Positions 21,203 through 30,368 of a stretch of 64,000 bases of DNA are shown here, piece by piece (the first letter of the stretch is position 1; every line of letters starts with the position of its first letter). The notes beneath the pieces are model-generated. The model worked only from the letters and a program-made list of their open reading frames with translations, searched no databases and was not told where the DNA came from. Source of the DNA: an uncultured delta proteobacterium (lineage in GTDB: Bacteria; Desulfobacterota; Zymogenia; Zymogenales; Zymogenaceae). The position numbers and the translations under genes were made by a program. Location of the stretch: contig CAWBYW010000007.1 in assembly GCA_963792965.1 (NCBI GenBank), forward strand, positions 352,001-416,000, in the 5' to 3' direction.

Positions 21203-22090
21203 ATGATCGACCTCCACGTACACACGAATGCGTCGTCGGACGGCGTCCATACCCCCGAGGAGATCTTCGAGAGGGCGCGACGGGTAGCGGGGAAAACCAC
21301 ATTTGACGCCATCGCTTTCGCCGACCACAACAGCGTTGACAATATCGAAAGCGGGCTTCTGCTCTCGAAGGCATACGGAATCCCCTTTGTTACTGCTGTC
21401 GAGCTCGGCTCTTACCACGGGGGGCAGGATATCCACATACTCGGCTATTTCATTGACCCCCTATCTGCCGTGTTGACCGATTTCCTGACGCAGTCTATAG
21501 AAGAGACAACCCGCCAGACGGAAGAGCGCGTCCGACTCCTCAACGGGCTCGGATTTGCCCTGGACGTGTCGGACGTCTCCGTAAAATCTGCGGGCAGGGC
21601 CCCCACCGGGCGGACCTTTCTGGAGGCCCTGTCAGAACGGGAGGAGAATCGAGACGACCGCCGCCTGAAAAGGTATAGATCCGGCGATCGGGCCGATTCC
21701 CCTTCCCTCAATTTCTATCTCAATTTCCTTGCCGGGGGGAAACCGGCCTACGTCGCACTTTCCGGCTTCCCGGTCGAAAAGGCGATCGCCGTCGTCGAAA
21801 AATCGGGCGGCGTTCCAATCCTCGCGCACCCCGGGGCATACCCCGACTCGATCGTCGAAGACGTCATCGCGCGCGGGGTTGCCGGCCTCGAGGCGTACTC
21901 GGGGCACCACAACGAACGTACCTCCCGTCGGTTCGTTGAGCTCTGTGAAAAACGGTCGCTCATCTGGACGGCGGGCAGCGACTTCCACGGAAAAGAGGTT
22001 AAGCCGAATATCGAGCTGGGCGTGTCGATCGAAAATGGCCGCCTGCCCTACGATAGACTACGAGAGGAGTACCTGAAAAGAAATGCTTAA
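21203..22090 (+). CDS. PHP-domain phosphoesterase (TrpH/YciV-like)
   Basis: IDLHVHTNASSDG, DHN, HILGY, LAHP, GSDFHG. Confidence 0.92.
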   Translation: MIDLHVHTNASSDGVHTPEEIFERARRVAGKTTFDAIAFADHNSVDNIESGLLLSKAYGIPFVTAVELGSYHGGQDIHILGYFIDPLSAVLTDFLTQSIEETTRQTEERVRLLNGLGFALDVSDVSVKSAGRAPTGRTFLEALSEREENRDDRRLKRYRSGDRADSPSLNFYLNFLAGGKPAYVALSGFPVEKAIAVVEKSGGVPILAHPGAYPDSIVEDVIARGVAGLEAYSGHHNERTSRRFVELCEKRSLIWTAGSDFHGKEVKPNIELGVSIENGRLPYDRLREEYLKRNA

Positions 22091-23390
22091 AGAGATCCTG
22101 AAGAAGAAAAAGCGCCCCATTATCGTCTCGGATTTTGACGGCACCATCAGCACGCGTGATATCAGCTACGAGCTGCTCGAGCACTTCTCCGTCGGTGGAT
22201 GGCAGGGAATTGACGAGGCATACGGAAGGGGCGAGATCGGCTCACAGGAGGCTTTTCGACTCATCCTCGAGAGGATCAAGGCCTCAAAATCCGAACTGGT
22301 CCAGTTCATCGAAAATGTCGCACCCATTGATCCCACCTTTCCGGATTTCTATCGGTACGTGAAAGAAAAAGGGATCGACATGGTCATCCTGAGCGACGGC
22401 TTCGAGTTTTATATTCGGTCTGTCCTCGAGAAGTCGGGAATCACCGATGTCCCCATATACGCCAACGACATCGTGGAGGATGAGTCCGGAAAACTGATTC
22501 CCGTCTTTCCCTATAGCAGCGCAGAGTGCGATCGGTGCGGAAACTGCAAGTCCCGGGTCATCGAGAAACTGAAGGAGGACCACGACTACATCATCTTCAT
22601 CGGAGACGGCTATTCGGACCTCTGCGCCTCTGAGGTCGCCGATGCCCTCTTCGCGAAGAAGCGGCTGATGCGCCATGCCGCCCAGACCAGGCTCCCCTTC
22701 ACCTTTTTCGAGGATTTCGGCGACATCCATGCCGAATTCGAGAAGGAGATCAAGGGCGCGATCTTCGACCTGGACGGCACTCTCGTCGATTCGCTCGAGG
22801 CCATCAGGACCGCGCTGGCCCATACCATCGACACCCTTCACCTTGACCTTGACCTCGAGAAGATTTTCAGGGAAATGATGAGCTGGCCTTTGAACGTCTC
22901 TCTGGAAAAGATATTCCCGGGCGTGGACCTCAACGAGGCGTTAGGAGTCTTTCGCTCGAAATATCTTTCAATTTATAAAGAGATGACGCCCATCAAGCCG
23001 GGGATGGAGGACGTCCTGGCATACCTCACCGATTCGGGGGTAAAGCTGTCGGTCGCCACCAATAAGCACGCCCCCTATGCCCGCGAGCTCATCGAGCACC
23101 TCGGTATCAGCCATTTCTTTGAGGCGATCATCGGCGTCGGGGACGTGGATAACCCCAAGCCGGCTCCCGACATGGTCGATGCGGCCCTCAAGCATATGGG
23201 GACAAAAAAGGATGATACGGTCTTCATCGGCGACTCCCAAGTCGACATCGAGACGGCAAAGAACTCGCAGATCGATGTCTACGTCCTTTCCGATTCGCTG
23301 GACACCCCCGAAGAGCTGGCTAAGAGGAAACCAAAAAAGATGTTCTACACGACAGCGGAGCTCTTGAAGGAGCTCGCCTCGAAGGCGTGA
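22083..23390 (+). CDS. Tandem HAD phosphatase: MtnX-like domain fused to a Gph-like domain
   Basis: DFDGT...SDG...CDRCGNCK...IGDGYSD, then a second DLDGTL...ATNK...KPAPD...IGDS. Confidence 0.88.
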   Translation: MLKEILKKKKRPIIVSDFDGTISTRDISYELLEHFSVGGWQGIDEAYGRGEIGSQEAFRLILERIKASKSELVQFIENVAPIDPTFPDFYRYVKEKGIDMVILSDGFEFYIRSVLEKSGITDVPIYANDIVEDESGKLIPVFPYSSAECDRCGNCKSRVIEKLKEDHDYIIFIGDGYSDLCASEVADALFAKKRLMRHAAQTRLPFTFFEDFGDIHAEFEKEIKGAIFDLDGTLVDSLEAIRTALAHTIDTLHLDLDLEKIFREMMSWPLNVSLEKIFPGVDLNEALGVFRSKYLSIYKEMTPIKPGMEDVLAYLTDSGVKLSVATNKHAPYARELIEHLGISHFFEAIIGVGDVDNPKPAPDMVDAALKHMGTKKDDTVFIGDSQVDIETAKNSQIDVYVLSDSLDTPEELAKRKPKKMFYTTAELLKELASKA

Positions 23391-23394
23391 AACG

Positions 23395-23877
23395 ATGGGC
23401 ATCGCCGAAAGAAAGCAGTCGTTTTGCGTCGGCGCCGTCCGTGGCGAGCACAAGCTTTTCGCCATGTATTTTCCGGGTTTGGTGCGCCCCATTGAAGAAG
23501 ACCTGAAGCGGCTGGTCTCTCAGGATATCGGAGCGATCGTCACGCTGACCGAACAACAGCTGCTGGTTCCCCTTCAGTTCCGTGGGTTCTTCCGGCAGCT
23601 TCACCTTCCGGTGGAGAATTTCGAGCCGCCTACAATCGCGCAGATAGAAACGTTTGTCCGGTTCGTGGATGAAGAGTTCGACCGGGGCGTCAACGTCGCC
23701 GTCCACTGCCTCATGGGCATCGGCCGAACCGGCACGATCATCGCCGCCTACCGCGTGAGCAAGGGCCAAGGCCCCGAAGAAGCAATCGCCGATCTCAGGA
23801 ATATCCGGAATTTTATCGAGACCAAAGAGCAGGAAGATATGGTCTACGCCTACCATCGGTCCCTTGCACGCACCTAA
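23395..23877 (+). CDS. Dual-specificity/tyrosine phosphatase-like protein
   Basis: VHCLMGIGRTG CX5R P-loop. Confidence 0.9.
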   Translation: MGIAERKQSFCVGAVRGEHKLFAMYFPGLVRPIEEDLKRLVSQDIGAIVTLTEQQLLVPLQFRGFFRQLHLPVENFEPPTIAQIETFVRFVDEEFDRGVNVAVHCLMGIGRTGTIIAAYRVSKGQGPEEAIADLRNIRNFIETKEQEDMVYAYHRSLART

Positions 23878-24126
23878 CAGTGAGTCAGCCCCCCGCACCC
23901 CTTCGATAACACCGCCTAACTCGTTATAACGAGCTCGGTACGATCAGAAAAAGCCCAAGAAAAAACGGGAAGGATATCTAATCCCTCCCGCCTACTCATC
24001 GCCGCCCGACCTCAGGTCTTTCGCGTAATAGATCCGGGCTGCCTCCCATCGCGCTCTCGCCGTGCTATGTACACGACCGTACTCTTCCCATTAAAGAGGA
24101 CGTTTCCCCACGCAAGGGCTTTCATG

Positions 24127-24654
24127 TCACTTCTCGGGGGGCGCCTGGTACGTCGTCGCCTTCTCGGGTGTCTTGCCCTTGATCACTTCGTGATAATACT
24201 TGTAGGTCAGCGGAATCCCGGCCTTGAGGACCTGACAATTGACGAGCTCACCCACGAAGAGGGTGTGTGTCCCCGCGTCCATTTTCCCGATGACCTTCAA
24301 TTCCATGAAGGAGAGGGCATTCTCGGTCACGACCGGAGCTCCGGTCACGCCGATCTGGTACTGTACCTTGGCGAACTTATCGACGTCGCGTCCCGACCTG
24401 AAACCGAACATGCCGATGAAGGCAAACGGGGTTTTTTCATCGAGGACCGAGACGGCAAATACTCCGCTCTTGTCGATGTAGCCGTGGGTGAGGTTCTCCT
24501 TGTTGATGCAGACCGCCAGCCGGGGAGGCTCGGCCGTCACCTGGAAGAAGGTATTGGCGATCTGTCCGTTCAGTTTGTCGTCGAGGTGGGATGTCACCAC
24601 ATAGACACCGTAGCTCAGCTGGAAGAGTGCTTTCAGATTCAGATCCTTGTTCAT
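24127..24654 (-). CDS. Flavin reductase domain protein (like the N-terminal domain of high-molecular-weight rubredoxin Hrb)
   Basis: LSYGVYVV, NGQIANT, FGFRSGRDVDKF, GTHTLFVGE, PLTYKYYH...KGKTP; overlaps the fprA stop codon. Confidence 0.9.
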   Translation of the reverse strand: MNKDLNLKALFQLSYGVYVVTSHLDDKLNGQIANTFFQVTAEPPRLAVCINKENLTHGYIDKSGVFAVSVLDEKTPFAFIGMFGFRSGRDVDKFAKVQYQIGVTGAPVVTENALSFMELKVIGKMDAGTHTLFVGELVNCQVLKAGIPLTYKYYHEVIKGKTPEKATTYQAPPEK

Positions 24655-25861
24655 TTGATTCTCACTTTCAAAAGGCCGGATATCTTTTCCCCGAGGGCAA
24701 AACAACGCGCCAGGTCGTCTTTCGTCGGAACGTTCTTCACTCTTATTCCCTCATCGACGGCCTCCACCTTCATCTCTTTCAAGAGCTCACCGAGTTGTGT
24801 CACCGCCTCACCGCTCCAGCCGTGGGAGCCGAAGGTCGCCCCAATAAGATTTTTGGGTCTCAGCCCTTTCAGGTAGACCAACACGTCGGCCATCGTCGGG
24901 AAGATGTTGTTGTTGAGGGTTGGAGAGCCGACGATCAACGCCCCCGCGTTGAGCACTTCGGTGACCACGTCGCTGCGGTGGTGGACGGACATTGGCATGA
25001 CCATCGTCTCGGTGCCGCCGCCCGACAGTCCCTCGGCGATCGCCCTCGCCATCCGGCCCGTGCTATTCCACATCGTGTCGTAGACCACCAGCGCCTTATC
25101 GGTCGGTTTCCCGGACGCCCAGAAAGTGTAGAGATCGAGGATCATCCCGAGCCCTTTCTCCAGACCGGGCCGTGGTCGGGAGCGACGACCTTGATGTCCC
25201 ACCCGGTCTCGGGCACGTGCGCGAGGAGCTTTGTAACGAGGTTCGCATAGGGCATGATGATGTTGGCGTAATATTTCCCCGCCTCGTACTTGAGTATGGA
25301 CTCGTCGATTTGGTCGTCGAACCGCTCGTGCGAGGCCAGGTGCATCCCGAAAGCATCCTGGGAAAAGAGGAGCGACTCCTCGGGAAGATATGCGATCATG
25401 CTGTCGGGCCAGTGGAGCATCCGGGTCTCGGCAAAGATGAGCTTCATGTTGCCCAGCGAGACGGACTCTCCGTCCTTGACGGCCGTGAGCCTGCCCGAGA
25501 TCTTCTCGTGGAAGTGATCGATGAGCGTCTTTTCGCCCATGACCGACACGTAGGTCTTCTCGGGCTTGATGAAATCGATCATTGCGGGAAGGCACCCCGA
25601 GTGGTCCATCTCAGAGTGGTCCGAGACGATGATCTTGATCTTCTGGGGATCCACGACAGAGGCAATACGCGACAGCATCTCATCCTTGAAGGGGGCTTTC
25701 ACCGTATCGATGAGGGTAATCTTATCGGCGAGGACAAGGTACGCATTGTACGTGGTGCCGCGATCGGTGGCGTAGCCGTGGAAATCCCTGATCAGCCAGT
25801 CGATAGCCCCGACCCAATAGACCCTGTCCGTAATCCTAATTGCCTTGAAATGGGTATCCAT
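24651..25861 (-). CDS. fprA: Flavodiiron protein (FprA, O2/NO reductase); frameshift at the homopolymer near 25151-25153
   Basis: HSEMDHSG, HWPDSM, QDAFG, PDHG in one frame; flavodoxin domain YDTMWNST, GSPTLNN, FGSHGWSGE in the next. Confidence 0.92.
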
Positions 25862-25932
25862 CTCCCACCTGCGTAAATAAAAGGCGCGCGAAGTGCCCCG
25901 GGCCCGCGATACGTCCAATCAATAAAGGCTAA

Positions 25933-25961
25933 ATTATATCGGCACTATCACCCAATGTCAA
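25933..25961 (-). promoter_or_regulatory. Consensus sigma70 promoter for fprA
   Basis: Minus strand reads TTGACA (25961-56), 17-bp spacer, TATAAT (25938-33): a perfect consensus. Confidence 0.85.
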
Positions 25962-25992
25962 GAGTCAGCGACAGCCCGTCCCCCTTATTATC

Positions 25993-26022
25993 AAAAAAGA
26001 GAGGGGAACACCTCCCCCTCTC
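25993..26022 (-). terminator. Intrinsic terminator after rubrerythrin
   Basis: GAGAGGGG/CCCCTCTC stem followed by a T6 run on the minus strand. Confidence 0.8.
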
Positions 26023-26051
26023 AGAATTATCTGATTGCCGGTGTCTTCGGC

Positions 26052-26625
26052 CTACCAGTTCTCGCCAAGCAGCTCCATGTACGCCTGGGGATGGGCGCAG
26101 GCCGGGCATGCCTGTGGAGCGTCGGTCCCCTCGTGGATATATCCGCAGTTGCGGCAGCGCCAGACCACCTTCTTGTCCCGCTTGAAGACCTGTTTCTTAT
26201 CGATGTTCTCGGCAAGATCGCGATAGCGCTTCTCGTGCTGCTTTTCCGCCACGGACACGGCCGTCCACAGGCGGGCGATCTCATCGAAGCCTTCTTCCTT
26301 GGCGATCGTGGCAAATCCCGGATACATGGTCGTATGCTCGTGGTTTTCGCCCATGGCCGAGGCCTTCAGGTTGTCGAGGGTGCCCCCGACGAGGCCCGCC
26401 GGAAAGCCCGCCGTTATCTGCGACCTCACCGCCGGACAGGAAGCTGAAAAACCGCTTTGCGTGCTCTTTCTCCTGGTTTGCGGTCTCCTCGAAGATATCG
26501 GCTATCTGCATGTAGCCGTCCTTGCGCGCCTGGCCCGCGAAGTAGGTATAGCGGTTGCGGGCCTGGGATTCGCCCGCAAACGACGCGAGCAGGTTCTTTT
26601 CGGTGCGTGAGCCTTTAAGTTCCAT
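26052..26625 (-). CDS. rbr: Rubrerythrin; one extra base near 26421
   Basis: FAGESQARNRY, EKEHAKRF, then GENHEHTTMYP, EKQHEKRY, WRCRNCGY...CPACAHP. Confidence 0.94.
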
Positions 26626-26699
26626 TCCTATGTCTCCTTTCTTTGTATCAGGTTATCACAACGAGCGCCTTTCGTATCGAGAACAGGCGCGGCGCTTCC

Positions 26700-27541
26700 C
26701 TATATGCCTCCGTAGGTGAGGCCGCCGGAAACGAGAGAGTCGACGCGGCACGACAGGTCTTCGATCCTGAGGCCGCTCTGAATGCCAAACCGTGTCAGGG
26801 CAAAATCGTATTTCACCGGGTCGTCGGGCTCGATCTCGGAAAACCGAGCCGTTATTTCCATCGCCGCCGAAAAATCGGCCGACTTTCTGGCCGTAAACCC
26901 AAGCATCCCCGCGATACGGAACATATGGGTATCCAGCGGGACAACAAGGGACGCACGTGAGAGCCCCGCCCAGCCTCCCGGATCGATCTCATCGCATCGT
27001 GTCATCCACCGCAGGAAGAGGTTGAGCCTTTTCTTGGCGCTCTTTTTTTTATGGGACGGGATGAGGCTGTTGTAGTCATCCTCGAAAAAGGCGTTCAAAC
27101 CTTTCGCGAAACGATCCAGTGCCGGCATCACGGTCTGCCCCCGTCACCCAGGCCCGAGAGAAAGGCCGCGTTGAGGGAGCCGTGTCGCTCGATCAGAGCG
27201 CGTGCTCCCGTAAGCGTGAGGGCAAGCTCTCTGTCCGTCGTGAACCGGTGCTTGAATCCGGAAAATAGTGTGAGGAGGGCGTCGGAATCCGTCTCAATCA
27301 AGAACCGCCCGGGCCGATTCCCCATGGCGGAAAGAACCGCGGAAACGCTCTTCATGACCTGCGCTACCCGTCCATAGGCCAGCGAGGATGCGATCAGTCC
27401 CACGACCTCCCGGTCCCGCGGATCGTCATATCGATGAACGAACTCGATCGGATCGGGATGGATGAATTCCTTCCTGTTAAGGGTCCGATAGAGCTCCTCA
27501 AACAGGCCACGATAGCGCTGTGCTGTGGTATCTTTCACCAT
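26700..27541 (-). CDS. TIGR02757/DUF2400 family protein (HhH DNA-glycosylase-like); frameshift at the homopolymer 27138-27142
   Basis: PDPIEF, DREVVGLIASSLAYG; SAKKRLNLFLRWM, DPGGW, PLDTH, DPVKYDFAL. Confidence 0.88.
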
Positions 27542-27576
27542 CGCTCCGGTTCACGAGAGAGAGTATAACGGTTTCG

Positions 27577-27759
27577 CTATTTGCACGGCTCCCAGTAGCA
27601 TCGTTTGGGCGAGGCCACCTTTCCTTCTTTCTTGAGCGTGTCGATGATTTTTGAGACCTCTTTTTGATCCAGTCCCGTCGCGTCGGCGATCTCGCCTGGC
27701 TTCATAGGCTTATTAGCCTTTTTCATGGCGTCAAGGACGGTGTCGATCTTTTCTACCAT
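27577..27759 (-). CDS. Small winged-helix protein (60 aa)
   Basis: KPMKPGEIADATGLDQKEVSKIIDTLKKEGKVASPKRCYW; GAGG RBS. Confidence 0.8.
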   Translation of the reverse strand: MVEKIDTVLDAMKKANKPMKPGEIADATGLDQKEVSKIIDTLKKEGKVASPKRCYWEPCK

Positions 27760-27841
27760 TGTCCACCTCTCAAGACAAACTGGGTAACTTCATGTAACCA
27801 CGAGGACCCGGACTCGGATCCCCAATGTTAATTTGACTGCG

Positions 27842-28237
27842 TTACGCTTTGCGGCACCCCGGGCAAAATCCGATCAACTCAAGGCGATAATCGACGATCT
27901 GATAGTCGCACGGATGGTTTACGATATCGGCCAGCTCCAGCATCGTCTCCATTTCGACGTCCTTAACGGCTCCGCACGAGATACACCTCACATGATAATG
28001 GTTGTCGGCGTTCCCGTCAAAGCGTTTTTGCGTTCCCGCGATCTCGATTTTCTGGATGGCCCCCGACGCGGAGAGTATCTCGAGATTTCGATATATGGTC
28101 CCAAGGCTGATCTTCGGAAGTCGCTTTTTCACGATTCGATAGAGGTCATCGGCGGTCGGGTGGGTCTTGAGTCTCTTTAGTTCTTCGAGGATGATCTGAC
28201 GCTGGTTTGTCATGCGAATAATCTGATGTGAGGACAC
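27842..28237 (-). CDS. Fur/PerR family transcriptional repressor
   Basis: TNQRQII, HPTADDLY, ISLGTIYRNL, RFD...HYHVRCISCG, GFCPGC. Confidence 0.94.
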   Translation of the reverse strand: MSSHQIIRMTNQRQIILEELKRLKTHPTADDLYRIVKKRLPKISLGTIYRNLEILSASGAIQKIEIAGTQKRFDGNADNHYHVRCISCGAVKDVEMETMLELADIVNHPCDYQIVDYRLELIGFCPGCRKA

Positions 28238-28253
28238 ACTCTCACCTTAATCT

Positions 28254-28300
28254 AAATGATAATTATTATTATTTATACCCCGCATTCTCCTCATTGTCAA
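28254..28300 (-). promoter_or_regulatory. Sigma70 promoter with an adjacent Fur/Per box
   Basis: Minus strand TTGACA (28300-295), 17 bp, TATAAA (28277-72); AATGATAATTATTATT near-palindrome (28255-28270) immediately downstream of the -10. Confidence 0.78.
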
Positions 28301-28672
28301 GACCTTTTTCTGTTGGCTCGAAACAGACTTCGAGCTTTTTCGTCTTAGATCAGACGACCCGAACACGCGGCGAGGCTATAAAGGCGTATATAGAGCACCC
28401 GACCCATCCTTTCGTCGTGGACTTTTCCACCGTCCCACGACCATGACCCCACAACCCTTCGGGGTCTTTTGCCCGGCCTACGGCCACACGAAAATCGTAA
28501 TGTTGGTGTCCCGGCGGACGACGAGACTCCCGGAAACTTCACGATATAGCGGCTCACCTGTGCATTTTAACTGTCGTGCCGTCGCCTGAAATACCGCGCT
28601 ATATCTCATTACACAATACGCATCGCGTCTTGCCTCGCGCACGTTATCTCGGGCAGTCTCCCATTATTTTTC

Positions 28673-28721
28673 TTGACAGCCTTTATGCGACGTGTAAGAA
28701 TGCGAAATGACCGGGCGGTCA
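28673..28721 (+). promoter_or_regulatory. tetR promoter and palindromic operator
   Basis: TTGACA (28673-78), 17 bp, TGn-AAGAAT; TGACCG-GG-CGGTCA palindrome at 28708-28721. Confidence 0.7.
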
Positions 28722-28792
28722 GTCGGGACTCCATGCCGTATCCGACCAGGGCAAGACCGCCGTGTAAACTACCACACTGCCGGCTACGCGCG

Positions 28793-29457
28793 ATGCCTAA
28801 ACCGACTTTCTCCATCATCAGCGACGAAAAACGAAACAGGATCTATGACGCGGCCGCCCAGGAATTCGCTCGAGAAGGTTTTGAAAAGGCAAATATTAAA
28901 AGCATCTCCGACCGGGCCGGTATCTCCAAGGGATCCCTCTACGACTATTTCGAGAACAAGGAAGATCTCTATCTGGCCGTATGTACCCACGGCATCGCTA
29001 AGTCCCGGGAAAATATCGATTCGATCATCGATGACAGAAAGGATTTCTTCACCCAGATACATGATATCTTCAGCCGGGGGATCGACTTCATCATCGCCCA
29101 TCCCCACTACGCCCAACTCTACGTTAATATCGCCGGAAGCGGGATGGAGCACTTTGCCGACAGGCTCTCGCTGGCCGTCGAGAAACATACCGCCGACTAT
29201 TACAAGGACGCCCTCAGGAAAGGGGATCAGTGAGGGGTTTATTCGCCCCGATATCGACATAAACACCGCCGCCTTCTTCATCAACAGCATGTACGTGATG
29301 ATGATGATTTCACTGGTTTCCCGGCATTATCGTATTCGGCTGCGCGAATACCTGAACATGTCCGACGGGGAGGTCGAAGCAGGGTGTCAGAGAAAAGATC
29401 GATCAGCTCATGGCAATCATCCGCTTCTCCCTCGAAGACTCGCGCCGGCTAACGTGA
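28793..29457 (+). CDS. TetR/AcrR family regulator; apparent frameshifts near 29222 and 29382 (G runs)
   Basis: MPKPTF...KRNRIYDAAAQEF...AGISKGSLYDYFENKEDLY; continues as GISEGFIRPDID and VREKIDQLMAIIRFSLE in shifted frames. Confidence 0.88.
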
Positions 29458-29502
29458 CATCGTAAGATAACGGCACGGGGTGTTTTCATTATAGGAAAGA
29501 AA

Positions 29503-29520
29503 TGACCGAACAGTCGGTCA
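29503..29520 (+). promoter_or_regulatory. Second putative TetR operator
   Basis: TGACCGA-ACAG-TCGGTCA palindrome with the same half-site as 28708-28721, 18 nt upstream of the SDR start. Confidence 0.65.
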
Positions 29521-29538
29521 CTCTACTGAGGAAATAAA

Positions 29539-30356
29539 ATGGAACGTCACTTTTCCGGGAAGATCGCCCTCGTCACCGGGGCCGGGAAAAAAAACGGTAT
29601 CGGCTTTACGATCGCTCGGCGTCTCTCGGAAAAAGGGGCCCGGGTCATTATCACGGATGTCTGCAAAGACCCTTGTATATGCCGATTACACCCGCTTCGG
29701 GACGATTGAGGAGCTTCAGACCCTCGCCAAAGAGATCGACGGCGATTCCCTCATGCTGGACGTCACCGATCAGAAGATGATCGACGGCGTTACGAATGCC
29801 GTCAGGGACCGCTTCGGCCGCCTCGACTTCCTCGTCAACAACGCCGGGGCCGCTCCTCAGCCAAACCTCCTTGGAATACACGGACCCCTCCATGTGGCAG
29901 AGGACCCTCGATGTCAACCTGAACGGGACGTTCCTGGTCACCCGCGCGCTGATCCCCCTGATGACGGGCGAGGGAGCCGCCATCGTAAATATCTCTTCCA
30001 AGGCCGGCAAGCGTCCACGCGCATTCGCCGGCGCCTACTGCGTCTCTAAGGCCGCCGTGATCATGCTGACGAAGGTCTTCGCCCTCGAGCTTGCCGCCCG
30101 GGGCATCCGGGTCAACGCGGTTTGTCCCGGGCAAATAGACACCGACCTCGAGCGCTGGTCGTGGGGGCTGGAAGCAAAATACTTCTCCAAGGACGTCAAA
30201 AAGGTCGAGGATGAAAAGAAAAAGAGCATCCCGCTGTGTCGTATCGGCATCCCCGAAGACGTTGCGGATGTGACGGCCTTTCTCCTCTCTCAGGAATCAT
30301 GTTACGTTACCGGCCAGACAGTCAATATCGACGGCGGCCAGCTTATGGAGGCATAG
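29539..30356 (+). CDS. Short-chain dehydrogenase/reductase; frameshifts near 29670 and 29872
   Basis: ATG 29539 MERHFSGKIALVTGAGKKNGIG; LVNNAG; NISS, YCVSKAA, VCPG, spread over three frames. Confidence 0.88.
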
Positions 30357-30368
30357 GAGGAACAGTCC

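Noticed and set aside
23880-24010. Possible SRP RNA or riboswitch between the phosphatase and flavin reductase genes
   Set aside because: Only weak hairpins; the SRP GGAAGGAAGCAGC core and known riboswitch consensus elements are absent
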